Source of the DNA: Octopus sinensis
Lineage: Eukaryota
DNA: 64,000 bases
Direction: 5' to 3'
Assembly: GCF_006345805.1 (NCBI RefSeq)
Contig: NC_042998.1
Location: 188,232,001 to 188,296,000, forward strand
The stretch's first letter is position 1. Each line of letters starts with the position of its first letter. Both the position numbers and the translations under genes were made by a program. The notes under the pieces are model-generated. The model had not been told where the DNA came from and made no database searches. It saw nothing but the letters and a program-made list of their open reading frames with translations. Positions 41,351-53,030 of this stretch are shown piece after piece.

Positions 41351-41474
41351 GGTATGCATATATTGTCCACACACACATACATAAACCTACATATACGTCT
41401 GCGAAGCTGCAAAGCTTCTCGTCAATGAATATATCTAAACTGTGTATATGCATGATATATAAGTGTGTATGTAT

Positions 41475-41518
<44 letters not shown>

Positions 41519-41566
41519 CATACGTATATATATCTAAATATATGTATATTGTTATAGATATATGTA

Positions 41567-41612
<46 letters not shown>

Positions 41613-42347
41613 CATGTACGCACACAAATTTATATGCTGGCGGCATATATCGAACAAATAAACCGTAAGACATATATATATATGTAGTAGAGCTGTCAAC
41701 AGAGTAAATGAAAGGCAAAGAAAATAAATAGCTTTGCTAGCCAGGTCAGTAATTGTTGAGGAGAATTTGTGCATTTCCCAGTGAAATGAATAGTGTAAGG
41801 AAAAATTTAGCTGACATCATTGCTTTAATCATAGGAGCAGATATGGCTGATAAATGGACACCGCTAAAAATATACCTCATTTGGTCATGTTTTTGTATTT
41901 TGCACAACTTAAAGACTTTCCTTTCAAAGAAAATAGATTTTTTTTTCAGAAGGTGATGTGTTCGGGGTTGAATGTGGTGAATATATATATTTTTTTCTTA
42001 TCAATAATACTTATTGTTATTCTTTCGTTGTGATCGTTTATTTTTTTTTCTGTCGTATCAGCAGCAAGTCATTGTTTATAAAGGAGATTGAACTTTTGTC
42101 GCAATGCGTGTCACTTTATTGCTTTAAGATTTACATGGCGTAGTGATATAATTCTTCGGCAAATTGATAGGATTTTGATCATAGTGTTAATGAATAACAT
42201 ATCTGCAGTGTTTCATAGCGTATTACTGGGTACTACACAGTAAAACGTATGAAGTATTGTGTTTTATACAGTTATGTTATTTATCTATATAAATATGCAA
42301 ATCATAAGTAGTCATACGAGTATCTGATTAACACACACACACACATA

Positions 42348-42401
<54 letters not shown>

Positions 42402-42834
42402 CATAAATAGAGATAAAGGTGTCCATTCATAATGATATTTAAAATATATGAGGTGCATAAAAAAACTTTAAAACCCCACGGAAATCCAAATATTTTCATA
42501 TGAACATACGCACACACACAGATACAAACACAAACACAAACATACATACAGACAGACACACACACACACGCACACACATACACACACACACATACTCACA
42601 AACACACTTATATGCATGAACGTGTGTGTGTGTGTGTCATATATACATATGAGGTTCTTCAAAACTGGTAATTTGGATAGAATAACAGATGAAGTGTAGC
42701 ACTGAATAGAACGACATAGGTGGGGCAAGTAGTAAATTAGGGAGGTTTTCGATAGACTGATAGAGGTATGATATGCACTAGAGAGAAAGGAACAGGGATA
42801 CATAAAAATCTGCGTGCGCGCGTTTGTAAATATA

Positions 42835-43085
42835 CAAGGGTCGGTTGAAGGGTATTCAAGATACTCTCATGGAGTGTGACCAAAAGCCACAGTCATACAC
42901 AGCAATCATTGAAACCAAGGACTTGTATCCCGGAACATTGACCTGGGCGTCTGACCTTGATAGGCTTTCGAAACATCTTCAGCAAGCTGGCATAGCACCA
43001 TTGATGGTGTGGCCATTTTAAAGACTGTCACTAAACATAATGATTTTTGCATCCCAAAATCAGAAGTCATCATCTTCCCTGCAAG
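42835..43085 (-). mobile_element. Mariner-derived remnant
   Basis: TA|CAAGGGTCGGTTGAAG is mariner-TIR-like; the minus strand reads 'AGKMMTSDF(W)DAK' (cf. SAGKVMASVFWDAKG). Confidence 0.45.
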
Positions 43086-44396
43086 GATATTATCCACATG
43101 TATGTACACACACACACATGTATATATATATATATATATCTATATTATATATGTGTATGTATATATATATATATATAATATTGACAATATACTATATAAT
43201 ATGATTAAGAAGTGTAATCCTTTTTGCATGCTCATTTCAATCGATGCCTCGTTTATTTTGCCTTACTTCTGAAGTCGATAAAAAATACCATTCTAGTGCA
43301 GGGTTTAATTAATTCGAGGTAACCGAATTAAAATCAATTCTATATTATATATAAAGATCAGTATCGAAGGATTTTATAACACAGAAAAGGTTGGTGCATC
43401 ATTTAGTTTGATGTGGAGTTTGTATCGATACTTAAGATTTGAAGGATATTGTCAAATCATTAAAGTTAGAAGAGGTATGAAAAAATGAAGTGTTGTGGAT
43501 CAGAATTTGCAAAATGTGGGTGATTGGTGTATTTTTTTTTTAGAATGCTAGAATATCTTATATTAAAATATCTTTGTAAGAATGTGGCGTATTAAACAAG
43601 TAGTACTTGTTAGTGGTAGAACATGTAGAATCGTTTTTGTACTTTCTTCCGAATGTTTTTATACTTTTGAATAGAACGCTTAGTCAAGTTTCCACTTTTG
43701 GATATTTAAAAATTTCTGTTTAGGGATAAGATGCAGATTTAATTAAGCATGCAAAGGTGCGTGTAGATAAAGCTTATCTGATGAGATTGCGAGAGAAACA
43801 GAAGCAATAATTGTGGATACGTTTGGAGTTTACCGTAAGTACGTTCTTAATTTAAAGAAGTAAACCCGAAACTGATATCTCTGAAATCGGAAATAAGTTT
43901 GTCCCCTGAGTGAACTATGTAAATGTTTTCATAGATTACTTGAAATTGACTAATCCGAAGGAAATCTATTCTCTTAACGAGTTTCATAGGTCCATAAATC
44001 AAGTTTTTAATGTTTATTTAGTATTATGTTACTGCATGATGAACTTTTTCTGGAATACGACGCTATTAACAGGGAAGGTGAACTATCTTATAGGAAACTC
44101 ACTGAAAGTCAAATGAGAATGTATTCTTTATACTATTTTCTTGGTTCTATTATGAAAATAAGAGAATTCCTTTCCAGAGATAAGAAATGTTTCGGTTCCC
44201 TGTTTCTGGAAAATGATGATAAGTTACTCCAACAAGGAGCGTTTCAAGCACTTCTCTAATTAAAATAATTTTGTTTCTGTGTGCGACCGCATTAGCAGCT
44301 TTTCCTCTTACAATCTATGAAACCAACAACCTAACTGAGGACTGTACGAATGAGAGAAAGAAAGAAAGAAAGAGTATGAAAATGAATGACTATGTA

Positions 44397-44445
<49 letters not shown>

Positions 44446-44971
44446 CACGCGCGCGTTTGTGAGTACTTGCGTCAGTGTGTGTGCGTTTGTAGAAGATGAA
44501 AAGAAGGAGAAAGAAATGAGTTGGCAGGAAAGAAAAGAAATGAAAATAATTACACCCGGGGTAGGTATTGGCCTTTGAAATAAATATATACATGCAAACA
44601 TTTACCGTTAGACTACACAAATATAGATACAAGAACATGCTCACAACACATACTAACACATGTAAATACATAACATATGTACATAGATACTTGCCCGCAC
44701 CCACCATACACCACAGGCATTGATACATGCAATCTAACAAAGATATCTGCACGACCGACATACATAATGTTAAATACGTACACAAACCACAGACGCAAAG
44801 TTGAACACTTTCAAATAGTTTCTTAGAATTTTATTTTAAAATGATGTTCTTTTCTTATTATTAGATATTCATTCTTTTTTTTACGTATTCTCTTTTTCAG
44901 TTGATTTCTGTTTATATCTGAAATAGTTTCCCTTCTGAATAAGCATTTCTTGTACTGGTACAAATCGGTGG

Positions 44972-45360
44972 TGGTGGAAGCACTCTGTCGGTTACGACGA
45001 TGAGGGTTCCGGTTGATCCGAATCAACGGAACAGCCTGCTCGTGAAATTAACGTGTAAGTGGCTGAGCACTCCACAGACACGTGCACCCTTAACGTAGTT
45101 CTCGGGGATTTTCAGTGTGACACAGAGAGTGACAAGGCCGGCCCCTTGAATTACAGGTACAACAGAAACAAGAAGTAAGAGTGAGAGAAAGTTGTGGCGA
45201 AAGAGTACAGCAGGGATCACCACCATTCCCTGCCGGAGCCTCGTGGAGCTTTTAGGTGTTTTCGCTCAATAAACACTCACAACGCCCGGTCTGGGAATAG
45301 AAACCGCGATCCTATGACCGCGAGTCCGCTGCCCTAACCACTGGGCCATTGCGCCTCCAC
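44972..45360 (-). mobile_element. Full-length tRNA-SINE with a 12-bp TSD
   Basis: TSD acaaatcggtgg at 44960-44971 and 45361-45372; head gtggaggcgcaatggcccagtggtt on the minus strand. Confidence 0.96.
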
Positions 45361-47116
45361 ACAAATCGGTGGAGAGTATAGTCGGTTACATCATTCACAA
45401 CAAATACCCATTACTTATTTTATCACCACTCGGAAGCATCAAATCGGAAATTGTTACACTGTGCAGCGACCTTACAATTTGTCTGCAAATCCTTCAATAA
45501 TGTTCCTGTTTTAATAGGTTTGGAGAAATAGGAGATCTGTACTATTGAAGGGTGTGAAAAAATAAACAAAATTGTTAGCAGTATAAACAAGGAGTCATTG
45601 GTTGGATGTCGAAGTTAGGTAGAAACGGCTATCTGAAATCGTGTCTCATCTTATGGAACTTATTGGCAGGAGATGGCTATAGTTGACCGCACCTATCCTA
45701 ATGCTCTACAGTTCCTTTCGTTTACTACTTGGGCGAACCCACCATTTAATAGGGATTTTCAATTTTCAAGAAGTATTCTACATTTTAGCGTAAGTGGGAC
45801 TAAATAATATATAGACAAGTTGTTACTTTCTGTTGGGAGACTACCACTGTTTGTAAGTGTACTTGTATCAAAACTATTAAACACACACCAGAGATACGAT
45901 ATTCACAAAATATATTCCAATATTATCAACAGTTACAAAACATTGATGACACTAGGTCTATCATTATTTCTGGCCTTGTACACTTTGCAACAAGAAACTT
46001 CGATGTACACTGGTTTACATACGTTTGTCAGAGGAAGAAAAGCAATTTCAGCATTCTTTTCAGAGTCTCTGCAATTGGTTGAAGAAAAGAGACAGCTGGG
46101 GACGTGGTTTGAATGCTTGAAGCTAAAGGTACTCTAGGGACCAACTCACTGCCTCCTTAGCAGGCCTTAAGGAAAGATATGAATAGATAATACGGATTGA
46201 GTGACAAAGTTTTTTTTTCCAGTGAAGGCATATGTCATTACCGAACCAAGAAAGACTATGAAAGAATTATTTAAATCAAATTTGATAATGCCGAAATTTA
46301 CAGCTGAGACGATATATAATTGATAAACCCTGCAAAGACATCTAAACTATGCCAGCCTTGACACAGCAGACACTAAAATAATAATGGTGTATTGGACCTG
46401 GATTAATAACAGGGATTATAGCTTATAAACATATTTTTCTAGGGCACACATCTCTTTTTTAAAACAAGTTTATTCATTAGTTTTATTTTCGGTTTTAGAG
46501 AGATGAATATATAATTAATTACAGGAATGTACTTGGGAGTAGAATGTTGTACAATAAACATATTTAAGTAAAGAATTAAGAAATAATGCGTAAAGTCTCT
46601 TACAGCTGTTTTTAGAATAGCTGAGCATGTAAAGCATGTGTCATTGCGCAAAGATTTCCATGTAAGCCAACTATCCGTTTTCGAAGGGAAAGAATATCCG
46701 TATTAAAGAATATTAGTAGTTACCAGTTCATCGAAAAATTAAGGAACATCCTTAGTAAAAGATAATAGCGGTTAGTAATTCCATCATCGAAGAATTAAGG
46801 AAGTTCTAGTAAAAGATAATAGCAATTAGTAAAATTAGTAAAAAGTAATAGAAGTTACCAGTTTCATCGTCGAAGAGAAGTCTAACTGGTCATCTTCTAT
46901 TTTTACCTTACCTGTTTATGTATTCAGTATTCAGCTGGCGATGACGAGATTTTGTCAAGATATAATCTAACAATGCCTCAGTAAAAAAGGAAAACTAAGA
47001 GTTGCTTTAGCGCACTTTAAGCTCGAACCTTAACCCTAACCATTCCCAAAGTCCTACTTGTTGATATACCTAGATTATAACGAACCTGTTGCTTACCCGC
47101 TCCCTCCCTCCATACA

Positions 47117-47155
<39 letters not shown>

Positions 47156-47480
47156 GGACACACACATATACGTATATATATATTCACTGATATTTGAGGT
47201 CAAAATTATGTTGTTACTTTTGACCGAACGCACAGAAAGTTCCCTCTAGATTGAGAAAGTGCATTCTCTTAGGCTGTTATTTTATAGTAAACATATGTTG
47301 AGAAAATCATGTCTTTTCCCGATCAATTAATCGATTGCAAACTCCTTTTCAGACATATACTTGCAAAGATTTGTACAGCCATTCACATGACCATATTAAC
47401 ACATATATAAATAGATATATAGTTTACATGTACATGTGTGAGTGAGTGCGTACGTGAATGTGCGTGTGTGTATGTTCGTG

Positions 47481-47511
<31 letters not shown>

Positions 47512-48179
47512 TGTGTGTGTGAGTACGTGTTTACGTAGACACAATACTGAGTCTTCAGAATTTCTCTTTTTTTACTTTCATTATCAATGTATATAATATC
47601 ATATCCTTTCCTACCCCGTTCCGTCTGTTACATTCTCTTACTCTGTCTAACACGCGCCATCTTTCTTTCTCACCATCTCTGTATATATATGTGTATATAT
47701 ATATATATGCATATATATATATATATATGTATATTATATTATATATATGTATATAATATATATTATATATATATATTATATATAGTATATATATATATAA
47801 CGGGAATATATGCATTCTGTATGTATGTATAGATTTATATATGTATGTATGTGTGTGCTTGTGTACATGCGTGCGTGTGTGTGTGTGTGTGTGTGTGTGT
47901 TGTTTATAGTTCTGTTAAGGTAAGATTAACAAAAATAGAGGTAAGTATCATTTAATGTATGTATTATAGAAATATGAGCTACTAATCGTTTCTTGCTTTG
48001 GAGACACGGGTCTAGACCAGATTTTACAACAGCCCTTGTGATTCCAAGCAGTCATCAGGCTCTGAGCACATGGACTATTCTATTTGAAAATCTACCGTCT
48101 TCTAGTTTTTTATTGTGATTACACTGGCACTAGAGTTCTCATTTGCAAATAGAATAGACCATGTTTTAAGAATCCAAAT

Positions 48180-48545
48180 GTTGCTGGACACTGGGCGTGT
48201 TGTTATAAAACCCGGCTAAATCCGCATTTTCAAAGCAAGATACTATTATTAGCTCGTATCTTAATACTGTGTACATTTTGACCAGGTGTCAGAAGAAGTA
48301 TAGCCCACCGAGCAGAGACCTTCGTCATGCCAAGTACATTGTGCATAATATTCTCAGATCTCCCACGGGATATGCTAATAGCATAAGCTATTTGATTTTA
48401 CTCAATTGCCTGTCATCCAGCAGCATGTGGTGAAATGATCAATGTTTCCCTTGGTGGTGGTATTTGCCGGATATCCAGACCTTGAGTCATTTTAAAGATT
48501 TTCTGCAGGTACTTGATTACACCACAATGACAAAATTTTGTCGAT
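48180..48545 (-). mobile_element. Decayed mariner transposase fragment (helix-turn-helix to WVP region)
   Basis: 'NDSRSGYPANTTTKGNIDH..MLLDDRQL...IAYAISISRGRSENIMHNVLGMTKVSARWAILLLTPGQ'. Confidence 0.8.
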
Positions 48546-48682
48546 TTTCAAGAAAAGTCGCTACTAGTCATATATATATATATATAACGGGAAGGTTTAC
48601 GAAAATAAACAAAAGACGAAGGCAGATGGAGTACAAACAAACAATGTATTAGTATGGCGCTCAGGAATAGAAATAAAACAAG

Positions 48683-48720
48683 TCTTTTACGTTTCGAGCC
48701 TACGCTCTTCGACAGAAAGA
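48683..48720 (-). ncRNA. Minimal type I hammerhead-like motif (core CUGUCGAA)
   Basis: Minus strand: TCTTT-CTGTCGAA-GAGC GTAG GCTC-GAA-ACGT-A-AAAGA. Confidence 0.6.
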
Positions 48721-48822
48721 TACACAGAAAAGAAACAAGGAGAGAAATATATATATAACGCCATGTTGGATCGTTAGCCCCTACACGCAATTTTTTTCCT
48801 CTCCTTGTTTCTTTTCTGTGTA

Positions 48823-48860
48823 TCTTTCTGTCGAAGAGCGTAGGCTCGAAAGGTAAAAGA
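48823..48860 (+). ncRNA. Hammerhead-like motif with a broken stem III palindrome (AGGT)
   Basis: TCTTT-CTGTCGAA-GAGC GTAG GCTC-GAA-AGGT-A-AAAGA. Confidence 0.45.
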
Positions 48861-49034
48861 CTTGTTTTATTTCTATTCCTGAGCGCCATATTAATACATT
48901 GTTTGTTTATACTCCACCTGCCTTCGTCTTTTGTTTATATATATATATATATATATATATTTCAATATGTGGCTGCGTGTGTATCGTTGGCGATTTTCTT
49001 TCTCCGTCTTCCCTACTTAGGACTTTTTTTCTAT

Positions 49035-49069
49035 ATTTCTGACGAAGCGTTCCGCTCGAAACGTGAAAT
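49035..49069 (+). ncRNA. Hammerhead-like motif in a related short element (~48960-49155)
   Basis: ATTT-CTGACGA-AGCG TTC CGCT C-GAA-ACGT-G-AAAT: canonical CUGACGA core, but G at the cleavage position and a slipped stem II. Confidence 0.5.
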
Positions 49070-49159
49070 CCTCTTTCTTTCTTTCCTTTCCTGAGCGTCC
49101 AATAACACTATTCTTATTCCGCGTCCTCGCGTTGTTGAGTTTTCTCTTTGTCCATGCAA

Positions 49160-49637
49160 CTCTCCCGGCGAATAGTTTTTGTGGAAACTGGGTTCTTGAG
49201 GTGGTCATTAAGCTCTACAGTAATTTAGGGAGCTGTACTTTTGCGGTCCTTTCTAACAATTCACGTAAGAGTTCGACGGTCCCTATCTGAAAATTTTGGT
49301 TTTCTTCTGGAGTTTTGTTTCGACGAGGAGGTTTTTCTGTCTTTCTCAAAGGCTGTCATTACACCAAACATTTCGACTGTTTTCGTTACGCTAGCGCCTG
49401 CCATACAAGCACCAACAATTTGATCTCTTTCAAAGTCCGTTAGATCTGCCATTTTAATAAATTTTAATTACCTTTGATGATATCTGAAAAGAAATTGCAA
49501 TTTTAGCAAAACATATTAAGCAACTCTAATAATAAGTCGATAAACATAAAAATGAACGAGCTTTTGATGGTTTTATAGATATTTCAATATTATGATGGCA
49601 TGATGCTAGGTGTTTCCATTATTTTGTCCAACCCTTG
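49160..49637 (-). mobile_element. 5' half of a Tc1-like DNA transposon
   Basis: TA|CAAGGGTTGGACAAAATAATGGAAACACC TIR at 49609-49637; 'MADLTDFERDQIVGACMAGASVTKT.EMFGV...GRKP.FSDRDRRTL..IV...ELN..L..PVSTKTIRRE'. Confidence 0.9.
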
Positions 49638-49739
49638 TATATAAGATATATATATATATATACTATATATATATATTATATATATATATATAGTGCGTGT
49701 GTGTATGTGTGTGTGATTGTTCAATATATATTCATATAT

Positions 49740-50030
49740 ATATTGTAATATCGGGCGTGGGTAAGGCCAAAACAATACGAGGTAAATGCAAGGTAAATCA
49801 CTAGAAAACAAATATATGAATTAATGTAGACTTACCTTGTACTCAATATTTCGGGGTTATGACCCCATTTTCAAGAAACTAACCAGGTAGCTTCCTTTAA
49901 CTCCCCACCATTGTTGATTTTAGGTTTCTTTTGGTGTATGAGGATGGCCTCAGAGATTCTAAGGTTGCCCCTGTTTTGCTGTGTTGCCTTGATGTGCACT
50001 GTGAATTCCCGGGTCTGGCATTTCGTAGAT
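49740..50030 (-). mobile_element. Penelope-like element 3' end: GIY-YIG endonuclease C-terminus + HHR + downstream pLTR-like sequence
   Basis: 'NLRISEAILIHQKKPKINN' is typical of the PLE endonuclease end; the stop codon falls within a hammerhead-like core. Confidence 0.75.
49839..49879 (-). ncRNA. Hammerhead-like motif, U3-A8 variant
   Basis: Minus strand: TTC-TTGAAAA T-GGGG TCATAA CCCC-GAA-ATAT-T-GAG; palindromic ATAT stem III. Confidence 0.55.
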
Positions 50031-50559
50031 GTTTCTTCTTTATACATAAATAAATAAATACAAACATATATATGTATATACATTATATGCAAATGGACAC
50101 ACACTATAACACGTGAAAATATTTTATGCGTATGTAAAATATTGTGTGCATTCGTATGTTGCTTCATGTTGTGTGTATGTGTATGTTTGTTTGTGAGCGT
50201 ACAGTTGTGTATATTACTTTGTGTGCATGTGTGTGATGCAATCAAAATGCCGGTTTAACCTCAAATGCATGATTTTTCTATCTTCTCTCTGAAATCTTCA
50301 CCTTCATTCTTTCTTATAGATCTCCACAAATATGAACACCTTGCCGTCTGCTCCAACCCTGTTATCCCTACCCCCTCCCAAAATAAACTCACTCGTGCAA
50401 GTATGCTTCTATGGATGCGTAATTTTCAGCAAAACCCTCTTAACATTGATTTCATATCGATTTTTTTATACACTTCGTTTTGTTGCACACTTATCAATAT
50501 GTTGCCGGATTTCTGTGATAGTCAAGACAAACATTCTGTTCACATAAACGTCTTCTCGC

Positions 50560-50629
<70 letters not shown>

Positions 50630-50872
50630 TTTTCGCTCATCTGTGTCTGTATCTATATATTGTATTTGTATGTATGTATGTATGTATGTATACATACATA
50701 CATACATACACACATATATATATCTTTGAAATTCGTTTAGGTAACGTTAGGGGTGTGCGAATAAAGCTCCTATTTTATTATGCCGGCTATCGTTTAATGA
50801 TACGGACTTGTGAGTCAGATTTTCGGGATTGCATCATGGTTATACCGATATACTATGGGATAAATGCAATAA

Positions 50873-51703
50873 TAACAATAATACCAGGATGGAATTTAGA
50901 AATATTTAATACATAGCTACGTACGTTTCTGCAAATCAGATGATTTTGACATCAGAGCCGGTATCGTTGGGATTAGTACAGTATAGTCCGTATTATCCGC
51001 GGGCATCATCATTGATCCATTTCACGAGGCGATACTGTATAATTGGATGAATCACAGAGTGATATTAATCCCTTCTTGCCAATATGAAGGCCAATCTAGC
51101 TGTGAAGGCCAATCTAGCCAGTATGAAGGCCAGTCTAGCTAGATTGGCCTTAATACTGGCAAGAAGGGATAAACGGCCCTCCGTGATTCATCCAACTATA
51201 CAGTATTGTCTGATGAACTGGATCAGTGATGACACCCACGGATAATATGGACTATACTGTGCTAATCTCAAGGATGTGAGGGCGCGTGGCTTAGTGGTTA
51301 GGGCATTCGGCTCATGATCGTAAGGTTGTGAGTTCGATTCCCGGCGACGCGTTGTGTCCCTGAGCAAGACACTTTATTTCACGTTGCTCCAGTCCACTCA
51401 GCTGGCAAAAATGAGTTGTACTTGTATTTCAAAGGGTCAGCCTTGTCACTCTCTGTGTCACGCTGATTTTCCCCGAGAACTACGTTAAGGGTACACGTGT
51501 CTGTGGAATGCTCAGCCATTTGCACGTTAATTTCACGAGCAAGCTGTTCATTTGATCGTATCAGCTGGGACCCTCGTCGTCGTAACCGGCGGAGTCTTTT
51601 TTTTTAATCTCAAGGATACTGGCTCTGATGTCAAAATTATCTGACCTGCGGAAACGTACGTAGCGATGTATTAAATATTTATTGATTCCATCCTGGTATA
51701 TTG

Positions 51704-51706
<3 letters not shown>
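50873..51706. mobile_element. Foldback/palindromic element (~227-bp arms, no loop, axis at 51138/51139) interrupted by a SINE
   Basis: Left arm 50873-51138 is the reverse complement of 51139-51275 joined to 51618-51706, with mainly transition mismatches. Confidence 0.92.
51276..51604 (+). mobile_element. Full-length tRNA-SINE with a 13-bp TSD, inserted in the palindrome
   Basis: TSD taatctcaaggat at 51263-51275 and 51605-51617; head gggcgcgtggcttagtggtt...gttcgattccc; T-run tail. Confidence 0.96.
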
Positions 51707-51778
<72 letters not shown>

Positions 51779-52171
51779 GTGTGTGTGTGTGTATAGGTAG
51801 GTGTATATGACTGTAAACGTTACTTTTACTAATTTAATGCCAATTTAGTATATTTAGCTTAGTTTTATGCATTTCTAGAACATGCGGATGTATGTATTTA
51901 TGCATATATTTATGTATGTTAGTATTTATGAATGCATGTATCTAAGGAAGTTTGATTTACTAACCAGAAACGTAAAATATAAACCGAATATCTATAATTT
52001 TGCTATTAACTTTAATTGGTATTAGATCAGTCACTCAAGGATTTAGATATTTTGCGTCAAACTTCTTAATAAGCTGAATGATAAATGTATTGGCCCAAAA
52101 GTTTAGGCTTTTGTGTAACTCCCATACTCAGCTACTGAAGATATGTGCTTACTGTGTATATAGTAGTGTAT

Positions 52172-52529
52172 GGAGGCGCAATGGCCCAGTGGTTAGGGCA
52201 GCGGACTCGCGGTCATAGGATCGCGGTTTCGATTCCCAGACGGGCGTTGTGATGTTTATGAGCGAAAACACCTAAAGCCACGAGGCTCCGGCAGGGGATG
52301 GTGGTGATCCCTGCTGTACTCTTTCACCACAACTTTCTCTCACTCTTACTTCCTGTTTCTGTTGTACCTGTATTTCTCTGTGTCACGCTGAATATCCCCG
52401 AGAACTACGTTAAGGGTGCACGTGTCTGTGGAGTGCTCAGCCACTTACACGTTAATTTCACGAGCAGGCTGTTCCGTTGATTCGGATCAACCGGAACCCT
52501 CATCGTCGTAACCGACGGAGTGCTTCCAA
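52172..52529 (+). mobile_element. Full-length tRNA-SINE with a probable ~8-bp TSD (agtgtatg)
   Basis: Same head and body as 36343 and 44972, with a small internal deletion. Confidence 0.94.
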
Positions 52530-52689
52530 AGTGTATGCAAAGGGCAGTGCCCCAGTATGGTCGCAGCTCTGGAGCTGAAACTTGTAACAGAGTTAAAGAA
52601 TAAGAGAATACATTTATGTACAGCCACACACACACATAGTGTGAATTTCCGGTAATGTGCGTTCAAGTAGTTCGCTCAGCATAATCATT

Positions 52690-52910
52690 GAATTCTCGTA
52701 TAAGTGGCTGAGTATTCCGTAGATATTTGCAAGCTTAAGCCAATCATCATCCAGTATTAACGGGACTCTGAATGGAAATTTGAATTACAGGTATAACCCA
52801 TCTGATGTGTTCCTGCAGTTTACGTCTATCCGTTCTCACTCACAAGGTATGAGCCGACGCAGCGACATCGAATTTCGAATTCCTCATGATTGTGAAGTGA
52901 ATTTCTGCGT
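52690..52910 (-). mobile_element. Old diverged SINE
   Basis: gtataagtggctgagtattcc...gaattacaggta...cgaatttcgaattcctcatg resembles the reversed tail-to-head of the 44972 family. Confidence 0.45.
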
Positions 52911-52993
52911 TCTACGTGTAAATATATAAAATAGATTACATTGAAGAAGAGTATCCCAATTATTGTTTTAAAAATCTTGAACCATTTCCTTGT

Positions 52994-53028
<35 letters not shown>

Positions 53029-53030
<2 letters not shown>

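Larger units (their letters stand above)
48586..48937. mobile_element. Head-to-head inverted pair of the HHR-bearing short element (arms ~48606-48746 and ~48797-48937)
   Basis: Arms are near reverse complements over ~140 bp with a ~50-nt spacer; flanked by (TA)n. Confidence 0.9.

Noticed and set aside
43776-43800. CTGATGA...GAAA hammerhead-like spacing
   Set aside because: The intervening GATTGCGAGA cannot form stem II and there is no stem I.
47028-47042. ccttaaccctaacc telomere-like motif
   Set aside because: Only about two units; expected by chance.
51210-51232. CTGATGA-ACTG GAT CAGT inside the palindrome arm (HHR- or C/D-box-like)
   Set aside because: Followed by GATG rather than GAAA; no terminal stem or D-box arrangement supporting a snoRNA.
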